Below the pieces are notes generated by a model, which was not told where the DNA came from, ran no database searches, and saw only the letters and a list, made by a program, of their open reading frames with translations. From Squalus acanthias (Eukaryota), in contig CM059431.1 of NCBI GenBank assembly GCA_030390025.1, forward strand, positions 137,890,001 to 137,954,000: 64,000 nucleotides of DNA, given 5' to 3'. Below, one piece after another: positions 51,021-59,574 of the stretch. The position numbers were made by a program, and so were the translations under genes. How positions within the stretch are numbered: position 1 is the first letter of the stretch; every line of letters starts with the position of its first letter.

Positions 51021-53024
51021 ATTTGGACCTTCACTGTTTCTAACTTTGGACCTTCACTGTTTCCAGCTTTGGACCTCCACTGCTTCTATCTTTGGACCTC
51101 CACTGTTTTTATCTTCGGACCTCCACTGTTTCTAGCATTGTTTCTCAACTGTTTCTAGCTTTGGTCCTTCACTGTTTCTAGCTTTGGAACTTCACTGTTT
51201 CTAGCTTTGGATCTCCACTGTTTCTAGCTTTGGACCTCCACTGTTTCTAGCTTTCGTCCTTCACTGTTTCTGGCTTTGGACCTTCACTGTTTCTAGCTTT
51301 GGACCTTCACTGTTTCTAGCTTTCAACCTTCACTCTTTCTAGTTTTGGACCTACACTGTTTCTAGCTTTGGACCAACACTGTTTCTAGATTTGTAATTTC
51401 ACTGTTTCTAACTTTGGACCTTCACTGTTTCTTGCTTTGGACCTCCACTGTTTCTAGATTTGGACCTCCACTGTTTCTAACTTTGGACCTTCACTGTTTC
51501 TAGATATGGAACTTCACTATTTCTAGCCTTGGATCTCCACTCTTTCTAGCTTTGGACCTCCACTGTTTCTAGCTTTGTACCTTCGCTGTTTCTAGCTTTG
51601 GCCCTTCACTCTCTCTAGCTGTGGACCTCCACTGTTTCTAGCTTTGGACCGTCACTGTTTCTAGCTTAGGATCTCCACGCTTTCTAGCTGTGGACCTCCA
51701 CTTTTTCTAGCTTTGGAGCTCCACTCTTGTTGGCATTGGAGCTCCACTCTTTCTAGCTTTGGACTTTCACTGTCTCTAGCTTTGCACCTCCACTGTTTCT
51801 TGCTTTCGACCTCCACTGTTTCTAGCTTTGGAACTTCACTGTGTCTAGATTTGGATCTCCACTGTTTCTAGCTTTGGACCTCCACTGTTTCTAGCTTTGG
51901 ACCTTCGCTGTTTCTAGCTTTGGAACTTCACTGTTTCTAGCTTTGGACCTTCATTGTTTCTAGCTTTGGACCTCCACTGTTTCTAGCTTTGGACCTTCAC
52001 TGTTTCTAGTTTTGAACCTCCACAGTTTCCAACTTTGAACCTTCACTGTTTCTAGCTTTGGACCTACACAGTTTCCAACTTTGGACCTCCGCTCTTTCTA
52101 GATTTGGACCTTCACTGTTTCTAGCTTTGGACCAACACTGTTTCTAGCTTACGACCTTCACTGTTTCTAGCTTTGAACATTCACTGTTTATAGCTTTGGA
52201 CATCCACTGTTTGTAGCATTGGACGACCACTGTTTCTAGCTTTGGACCTCCACTGTTTCTTGCTTTGGACTTCCAGTGTTTCTAGATTTGGACCTCCACT
52301 GTTTCTAACTTTGGAACTTCACTGTTTCTAGATATGGAACTTCACTATTTCTAGCTTTGGATCTCCACTCTTTCTAGCTTTGCACCTCCACTGTTTCTAG
52401 CTTTGTACCTTCATTGTTTCTAGCTTTTTTGCCCTTCACTCTCTCTAGCTGTGGACCTCCACTGTTTCTAGCTTTGGACCGTCACTGTTTCTAGCTTAGG
52501 AACTCCACGCTTTCTAGCTGTGGACCTCCACTGTTTCTAGCTTTGGAGCTCCACTTTTGTTGGCATTGGAGCTCCACTCTTTCTAGCTTTGGACTTTCAC
52601 TGTCTCTAGCTTTGCACCTCCACTGTTTTTTGCTTTCGACCTGCACTGTTTCTGGCTTTGGAACTTCACTGTTTCTAGCTTTGGACCAGCATTGTTTCTA
52701 GCTTTCGACCTTCACTGTTTCTAGGTTTGGACCTACAATGTTTCTAGCTTTGCGTCAACACTGTTTCTAGGTTTGGACCTTCACAGTTTCTAGATTTGTA
52801 CTTTCACTGTTTCTAACTTTGGACCTTCACTGTTTCTATCTTTGCTCCTCTACTGATTCTAGCTTTGGACCTTCACAGTTTCTGGTAGTGGATCTCAATT
52901 GTTTCTTACTTTCGATCTTCACTGTTTCTAGCTTTGGAACTTCACTGTTTCTAGCTTTGGACCTCCACTGCTTCTAGCTTTGGACCTTTACTGTTTGTAG
53001 CTTTGGACCTCCACTGTTTCTTGC

Positions 53025-53411
53025 TCTCATTGAAACTTATAAAATTCTAACAGGACTAGACAGACTAGATGCAGGAAGGATGGTCTCGATGGCGGAGGAG
53101 TCCAGAACCAGGCTTCACAGTCTAAGGATAAGGGGTAAGACATTTAGGACTGTGATGTGGCGGAATTTCTTCACCCAGACAGTGGTGAACCTGTGGAATT
53201 CTCTACCACACAAGGCAGTTGAGGCCAATTCATTAATATATTCAAGAAGGAGGTAGATATATTTCTTGAGGCTAAAGGGATCAAGGGATATGGGGAGAAA
53301 GCAGGGACAGGGTACTGAATTTGGATAATCAGCCATGATCTCATTAAATGGCGGAACAGGCTCGAGGGGCCAAATGGCCTACTCCTGCTCCTATCTTCTA
53401 TGTTTCTATGT
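53025..53411 (+). mobile_element. 5'-truncated CR1 LINE 3' end
   Basis: Encodes the ORF2 C-terminus (LIETYKILTGLDRLD...NFFTQTVVNLWNSLP). 3' UTR GGCTCGAGGGGCCAAATGGCCTACTCCTGCTCCT with TTCTATGTTTCTATGT tail. Confidence 0.92.
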
Positions 53412-53540
53412 AACCCTCCTCTCTCAGACTGAACCGCCCCTTCTCTCAGACTAAACCGCCCCCTCTCTCAGACTGACCCGCCCCCTCTCTCTCCGATGAA
53501 CCCCCAGTGTCTCTGACTGAACCCCCTGTCTCTTCACTGT
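53412..53540 (+). repeat. ~21-23 bp minisatellite, ~6 copies (AACCGCCCCCTCTCTCAGACTG)
   Basis: Direct inspection; copies decay toward the 3' side. Confidence 0.85.
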
Positions 53541-53542
53541 CT

Positions 53543-53965
53543 AAGAACAACAATACGAATTTCTGCAGCTCCTTTAACGTAATAAAACTTCCGGAGCTCC
53601 TTTACAGGAGTGTAATCTGAAAAAAACTTTGAGACCGAGTCACGTACGGAGATATTAGGACAGGTGACCAATGAGGTAGGTTTTAAAGAGAGTCTTAAAG
53701 GAGGAGAGAGTGGCAGAGTGGGAACTCCAGAGCTTGGGTCCGAGGCAGCTGAAGGCCAATGGAGGGCTGAAGGAAATCGGGGATGTACAAGAGACCAGAA
53801 TTGGAGGAGAGCAGAGATCCCGGAGGGTTGCAGTGCTGGAGGAGGTTACCGAGATAGGGAGGAGCGAGGCCATGGATGAGAACTTTAAAATCGAGGCGTT
53901 GCTGGACCGGAAGCCAATGTAGGTCAGTGAGCACAGCGGTGATGATTGAACAGGGAGCGGCACTG
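53543..53965 (-). mobile_element. L2-type LINE 3' fragment
   Basis: ITAVLTDLHWLPVQQRLDFKVL..HGLAPPYL and AFSCLGPKLW..LSSFKTLFKTYL are L2 ORF2 C-terminal motifs. Tail reads ...ACGTTAAAGG...TTGTTGTT on the minus strand. Confidence 0.85.
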
Positions 53966-54365
53966 AATACCATCCAGTCACATGAGAGAAGTGAACATGG
54001 AGACATCATTTCCTCCCCATTCAAGGACACCTTCATTCATCAGTTAAATGGTTAATGTTTTGCCCCTTCGAGGCGGCTCGCCCTCCCCGATCTAAAACAC
54101 CAGACACTGGCTCTGAGGTGTTGGTCTGAAAGATCAAACAGCAGGGAATCCGTGGAACGGTTCATAAAGTCCCAGATAGAGGCGTTACAATTCATTCCTA
54201 GAGGTGGGTCTCTTTTATTGGGATAATACTTCATAAAGAATTGTTTCTAACTCACTTTGTTCATAGTTAAATGAGTTGTCTAACCGGTTCGATAAGTATT
54301 TTGAAACAGCAGCTTCCAGTCAGAGGGCGGAGAATGGCTCAAATCTCAAATAACAAGGATCAGAT

Positions 54366-54492
54366 CCAATTACCAAACTGTGATTGGCAGGAAGAAAACC
54401 AGGAACAGCCTCCTGATTGGTGGCAATTAGTTTACAAAGACAGAACTGGCAGGCTGCACACGGAAAGGGAGAATCTGCGGTTCCAGGTAAGG
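54366..54492 (+). promoter_or_regulatory. CCAAT-box cluster followed by a strong splice donor
   Basis: CCAAT at 54366; ATTGG at 54383 and 54416 (33 bp apart); CAG|GTAAGG at 54486/54487. Confidence 0.35.
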
Positions 54493-54504
54493 TTCATGTA
54501 GTTT

Positions 54505-54734
54505 GCAGCCTGTGTCTAGGGTCTAACTTTAATCTCCCTGTTTAAAGCCGGTGTCTCCCGGTCAGCCTGTATCAAGTGTCTAACTTTAATCTCCCTGTTT
54601 TAAGCCGGTGTCTCCCGGTGCAGCCTGTGTCCAGGGTCTAACTTTAATCTCCCCGTTTAAAGCCGGTGTCTCCCGGTGCAGCCTGTTTCCAGTGTCTAAC
54701 TTTAATCTCCCTGTTTAAAGCCAGTGTCTCCCGG
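54505..54734 (+). repeat. 58-bp minisatellite, 4 copies
   Basis: GCAGCCTGTGTCYAGKGTCTAACTTTAATCTCCCTGTTTAAAGCCGGTGTCTCCCGGT; CAGCC at 54506, 54563, 54621 and 54679. Confidence 0.95.
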
Positions 54735-55434
54735 GGAGATGATGTTCCCCGGGCCCTCTCCCCCCGGCTCTAGCCATTCTATCAGTGTGCGCTCGGACAG
54801 TGACCCAGGGCAGAGGCTCTGTTTAACAGCGAGGGTCCCAGGGACCAGCCCGCTCCTGTTCTGCACCGCCCTTCTCAATCTTCAGAGTGATGGAGTGAGA
54901 TGATTCAGAATGTTACCACATCCTCGGCAGCTGAGACTGCAGCGGGCCCTGGACCCCTCTTCCTCTCTGAGGATCTTCACCACCACAAACAGTGCTCACA
55001 CACTGCGTCTTTTGGGGGACGGTCTCAGTTTTGAATTCGAAGGGTACCAGGTTGAGGAACTCTGGCGCTCGCCACCCACACAGTGTAGCCGCGCCCATCC
55101 CCTCACTCGGTCCTCAGCACCTCCGCTCATGAAAGCGCTCTCAGGTGTTTGGCTCAATCTCCAAACATCTGGCGACCGGTGGGACTTTCCACAATGTCCC
55201 AGATGCAAATTGGACAATTGGTGTCTAACGCTGGGTCTGTTTTGCTGCACTGACTGAACAGGAAGTGATAAAGAAATGTTTCTAACTCACTTTATCCACA
55301 GTTAAACCGTCTTGTCAAACAGACTGGTCAAACCGGCTCGATTGGTTTTTACCAGAATCTCCGCCCCTCTTTCTAAAAATAGAAATTCTTCAGATGCCAA
55401 ACAATCTCCGAGCAGAAACCACAACTTGTATTTA

Positions 55435-55705
55435 TATGATGTGGAGATGCCGGTGTTGGGCTTGGGTGGACAAATGTGAGAATTCGCACAACACGAGTTT
55501 ATAGTCCAACAGCTTTATTTGAAACCACAAGCTTTCGGAGCGCTGCTCCTTCGTCAGGTGAAGTGAAGAGATGCATATAGTCACAGCATATATAGTCAGA
55601 GAACACTGCCAGATGATTACAGTTAATCTTTCCAACTGCCCTTTATCACACCTCGACAGAGAGATAATCACGGCAATCAAAGGTGTGAATGGTGTCCAAA
55701 CAGGT
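55435..55705 (-). mobile_element. Penelope-like element 3' terminal (pLTR-type) fragment
   Basis: Hammerhead motif followed by AATAAA (55514-55519 on -) and a CTGTTGGACTATAA..GTGTTGT terminus, adjacent to a Penelope ORF. Confidence 0.75.
55525..55562 (-). ncRNA. Minimal type I hammerhead ribozyme
   Basis: Minus strand reads UCAC-CUGACGA-A-GGAGC-AGC-GCUCC-GAA-AGCU-U-GUGG: intact core boxes, 5-bp stem II, palindromic AGCU stem III, and stem I UCAC/GUGG. Confidence 0.8.
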
Positions 55706-55729
55706 CAGTCAGGAAAACATTACATCAAA

Positions 55730-57016
55730 GACAATGTGGCAGATGCTGGGGTCTGTATGGAAAACAAAAAACTTTTTTTGCTGGAAATCACAGCAGGTCC
55801 GGCCGCATCTGTGTAGAGAGAACAAGCCAACGACGACTCGAGTCTGGATGACTCTACGTCAGGTGGAGTTACATGTAGCGTGACATGAACCCAAGATCCC
55901 GGTTGAGGCCGTCCTCATGGGTGCATAACTTGGCTATCAGTTTCTGCTCGACGATTTTGCGTTGTCGTGTCTCTCGAAGGCCGCCTTGGAGAACGCTTAC
56001 CCAAAGATCGGAGGCTGAATGTCCTTGACTGCTGAAGTGTTCCCCGACTGGGAGGGAACACTCCTGACTGGCGATTGTTGTGTGGTGTCCGTTCATATGT
56101 TGTCGCAGTGTCCGCATGGTCTCGCCGATGTACCATGCTCCGGGGCATCCTTTCCTGCAAAGAACAAGGTAGACAACGTTGGCCGAGTCACATGAGTATG
56201 TACCATGTACCTGGTGGGTGGTGTCCTCACGTGTGATGATGGTATCTGTGTTGATGATCTGGCATGTCTTTCAGACGTTGCCGTGGCAGGGTTGTGGGGT
56301 GTCGTGGTCGCTGTTCTCCTGAAAGCAGTGTAATCTGCTACAAATGATGTTCTGTTTGAGGTTAGACGGCTGTTTCAAGGCGAGTATTGGGGGCGTGGGG
56401 ATGGCCTTAGCGAGGTGTTCGTTTTCATCGATGACATGTTGAAGGCTTCGAAGAACATGGCGTAGTTTTGTCAGCTCCGGGGAAATACTGGACGACGTAG
56501 GGTACTCTGTTGGTTGTGTCCCGTGTTTGTCTTCTGAGGAGGTCTACGCAATTTTTCACTGTGGCCCGTCGGAACTGTCGATCGACGAGTCGAGCGTCAT
56601 ATCTCGTTCTTACGACGGCGTCTTTCAGCGTTCGTAGGTGTCCATCGCGTTCCTCCTCGTCTGAGCAGATCCTGTGTAATCGCAGGGCTTGTCCATAGGG
56701 GATGGCTTCTTTAACGTGGTTAGGGTGGAAGCTGGAGAAGTGGAGCATCGTGAGGTTGTCCGTAGACTTGTGGTAGAGTGAAGTGCTGAGGTGTCTGTCT
56801 TTGATGGAGATTCGTGTGTCCAAGAATGAAATCGATCCCGAGGAGTAGTCCATGGTGAGTTTGATAGTGGGATGGAACTTGTTGATGTTATCATGTAATC
56901 TTTTCAGTGATTCTTCGCCGTGGGTCCATAGGAAGAAAATGTCGTCGATGTATCTGGTGTCTAGCGTGGGTTGGAGGTCCTGTGCAGCGAAGAAGTCTTG
57001 CTCGAACTTGTGCATG
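55730..57016 (-). mobile_element. 5'-truncated Penelope-like retroelement (RT + GIY-YIG endonuclease), frameshifted
   Basis: RT motifs RYIDDIFFLW, FHPTIKLT, ISFLD, SLYHKSTD, HP...IPYGQALRLHRICS. GIY-YIG motifs YLVLC...WYIGETMRTLRQHMNGH, VGEHFS, GLNRD. Stop at 55869, frameshift near 56465. Confidence 0.92.
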
Positions 57017-57876
57017 AGGTCAGAGGTAGGGATGTTCGCAGAGGATTGCACCGTGATCACTTCCATTCGCAACTCCTCAGATAAGGAAGCAGTCAGTGCC
57101 CGCATGCATCAGGACCTGGACAACATTCAGGCTTGGGCTGCTACCTGACAAGTAACATTCGCACCACACAAGTTGCAGGCAATGACTATCTCCAACAAGA
57201 GGAAGTCTATCCACCTCACCTTGACTTTCAACGGCATTACCATCGTCGAATCACTCCACATCAACATATTGGGTGTTAACACAGTTAACTGTACCTGCCA
57301 CATAAATGCTATGGTTACATGATCAGGCTGAGTATTCTGTAGTGAATGACTCACACCTGACTCCCCAAAGTCTTTCCAACACCTGCACGACATCATTCAG
57401 GAGTGTAATCGAACACTGTCCATTTGCATGGATAAATGCAGCTCCAAAAACACTCAAGTAGCTCGACACCATCCACGAAAAAGCAGCTCGCGTGATAGGC
57501 ACCTCATCCACCACATTATACATTCACTCCCTCCACCTCCGGCACACATTAACTGCAGTGTGTAGCACCCAAAAACACACCAAGGCTTCTTCCATAGCAC
57601 CTCCCTCACCCACGACCTGTACCACATAGAAGGACAGGGGAAGCACGCGCAGGGGAACACCACCACCTCCAAGTTCACTTCCAAGGCACACATGATCCTG
57701 ACGTGGAAACACATCACCTTTCCTTCATCGCTGCTGGATCAAATTCCTGGAAATTTATGCCAAAGAACACTTTGGAATACTGCAACCTCGGGGACTGCAG
57801 CGGTTCAAGAATGATGCTCAACAGCACCTTCTCGAAGGCAATTAGGGACGGGCAATAAATGCTGGCTTATTCAGCG
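57015..57876 (+). mobile_element. Degraded CR1-group LINE, RT C-terminal half and 3' end
   Basis: MFAEDCTV (decayed FADD), QDLDNIQAWA, QVTFAPHKLQAMTIS, INILGV; 3' GGGCAATAAATGCTGGC. Multiple stops and deletions. Confidence 0.8.
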
Positions 57877-57972
57877 AAGCATTTGGTGATAGATATAGAA
57901 AATTTGGTGATATAAATAAAGCATTTGGTGACAGATATAGAACATTTCGTGATATAAATGAAGCATTTGGTT
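57877..57972 (+). repeat. 42-bp tandem repeat made of two ~21-bp subunits
   Basis: AAGCATTTGG at 57877, 57919 and 57961, with ATTTGGTGATA-like half units between. Confidence 0.9.
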
Positions 57973-58019
57973 ACATCCTGTTGATACCAACTGGAACTCT
58001 CAACATTAAACTCAATGCG

Positions 58020-58170
58020 ATCCTAGGGTCAGTGTCAGATATTGAACACACGATCCAGGCTGACAATCCCGGTGCTGCAGTGTCCGAGGAGCCGCTTTTT
58101 TCGGATGAAGCGCGAAACCGAGGCCAATGGCGGGGCAGCTGGCGGCCCGTCTATGTGTAAGAACACCGAC
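58020..58170 (+). mobile_element. Degraded DeuSINE-like (SacSINE1-type) fragment
   Basis: ATCCAGGCTGACA...GTGCTGCAGTGTCCGAGGAGCCGCTTTTTTCGGATGA...AAACCGAGGCC resembles the recalled Deu domain; not verified by alignment. Confidence 0.55.
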
Positions 58171-58221
58171 TCCGCATGGGGAACGGGAAATTTCGAAAAT
58201 AACATTGAAAAATGTTTGGCC

Positions 58222-58487
58222 TCTGGAGTGTGACATCAGAGAGTGATATCTTGACTGCGACATCTGGAGAGGGACATCAGGAGTGTGACATCTGGAGTGT
58301 GACATCAGGAATCTCATATCTAGAGTGTGACATTTGGAGTGTGATATCTGAAGTGTGACATCTAGATTGTGACATTTAGAGTGTGACATCTACTGTGTGA
58401 CATTCGGAGAGGGACATTCGGAACGTGACATCAGGAGTATGACATCTAGAGTGTGTCATCTGGAATGCCACATCTGGAGTGTCACAC
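58222..58487 (+). repeat. 14-bp minisatellite (GGAGTGTGACATCT), ~19 diverged copies
   Basis: Direct inspection. Confidence 0.92.
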
Positions 58488-58513
58488 CCGGCAGCGCAGA
58501 TGCTGTGTCGAGT

Positions 58514-58585
58514 GGGCGCGGTGGGCCAGTGGTAAAACATTTGTCTTTTGAATTGAAGAGCGTGAGTTAGAACCTCCTCTCTGTC
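58514..58585 (+). pseudogene. tRNA-derived relic (tRNA pseudogene or SINE head)
   Basis: A-box-like TGGGCCAGTGG at 58522-58532 and B-box-like GAGTTAGAACC at 58564-58574, at tRNA spacing. The cloverleaf stems do not pair. Confidence 0.55.
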
Positions 58586-58980
58586 TGTCCTATTGTGGAC
58601 GTTATTTTCCGAGCAGCTTTTTTCTTGTCCAGACGCTCTATTTTTCCTGACCCACCTCCTGTGACAATCTCTCTCTATAAACCTGGAGAAGTTGCACATT
58701 GAGCAATTAGACGAACTCGCCGCTCTTTGATTCACTGATTTGACATAGGACAGAGGCATAAATATCTTTGGGCCAGTTCCCTTGTTTGTCCTTCTCACTT
58801 TCAGATCTGCGTATGTGAGAGGGTGAGAGAGGTGGTGACCCTCAATCTGAGAACCCGCGCATCATGCTTCCTCATCTGTAATGTCATCTCCCACATAAAA
58901 AAGGGGAAATGAAAGGGAGACAGGAACCCGGAGATAAAAATTGAGAAAGGCATAGAGAGAGAGACAGAAATGGAGAAAGA

Positions 58981-59300
58981 CAGAAGCAAAATACTGCAGA
59001 TCCTGGAAATCTGAAATAAATCTCTAAATGCTGGATATACTCAGTCGGTCAGGCAGCATCTGTGGAGAGAGAAACAAAGTGAACGTTTCAAATCGATGAC
59101 CATGCGTTAGGACGGGAAAAGGTTAGAGATGTAATAGGTTTCAGGCAAGTACAGAGGAGGGGAAGGGGGAGGAGAGCAAAAAACAAAAGGGAAGGTCTAT
59201 GACAGGTGGAAGGCAGCAGAGACTAAATGACACATGGAATGATGGTACATGGCGAAAGGAGATGGTAATGTGGAAAAAAGATGGGTCTAGAGGAGGTGTA
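58981..59300 (-). mobile_element. Penelope-type 3' terminal fragment with decayed hammerhead
   Basis: Homologous to 55730-55866 (ATGCTGGA..CTCAG..GGTCAGGCAGCATCTGTGGAGAGAGAAAC..AACGTTTC), followed by purine-rich sequence. Confidence 0.7.
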
Positions 59301-59312
59301 AATGAGAAAATT

Positions 59313-59571
59313 CAAAATTAGGGCCAGACCTTTCAGGAGTGAAATTAGCAAACACTTCTACACACCAAGGGTGGTAAAAGTTTGGAAATCTCGATTGATG
59401 CTAGATCAATTGGTATTTTTAAATTGGAGATTGATAGCATTTTGTTAACCAACGGTATAATGGATATGGGTAAAAGGCGGGTATGTGGAGTTTGGTCGCA
59501 GATCAGCCACGATCTCATTGAATGGTGGAACAGGCTCGAGGGGCTGAATGGCCTACTCCTGTTCCTATGTC
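59313..59571 (+). mobile_element. CR1 LINE 3' end fragment
   Basis: GATCAGCCACGATCTCATTGAATGGTGGAACAGGCTCGAGGGGCTGAATGGCCTACTCCTGTTCCTATGT is the same 3' UTR as at 53330-53411. Confidence 0.88.
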
Positions 59572-59574
59572 ACT

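Larger units (their letters stand above)
3306..53025 (+). repeat. 23-bp tandem satellite, consensus CTAGCTTTGGACCTYCACTGTTT, ~2,160 head-to-tail monomers
   Basis: Continuous 23-bp periodicity in one orientation with no insertions seen over ~49.7 kb; rare 13-, 22- and 24-bp variant monomers. Confidence 0.98.

Noticed and set aside
3306..53025. CRISPR-like array or repeat-encoded variable cassette system
   Set aside because: Monomers are contiguous with no unique spacers, there are no cas genes, and the context is eukaryotic. Variation follows block duplication.
54242..54252. TGTTTCTAACT matches a satellite variant, suggesting the satellite's origin
   Set aside because: Only 11 bp of T-rich sequence, and the flanks do not match.
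54910..55257. 115-aa ORF in the non-TE part of the island
   Set aside because: No recognisable domain; the length is compatible with chance.
58012..58798. Cys/His-rich ORFs resembling zinc fingers (SHSKCHTLDV)
   Set aside because: Translation of the 14-bp minisatellite, with no C2H2 spacing.
58777..58830. Strong polypyrimidine acceptor (TTTCAG at 58803) with a nearby GTGAG donor as a micro-exon
   Set aside because: No coding context or partner exons can be supported from sequence alone.
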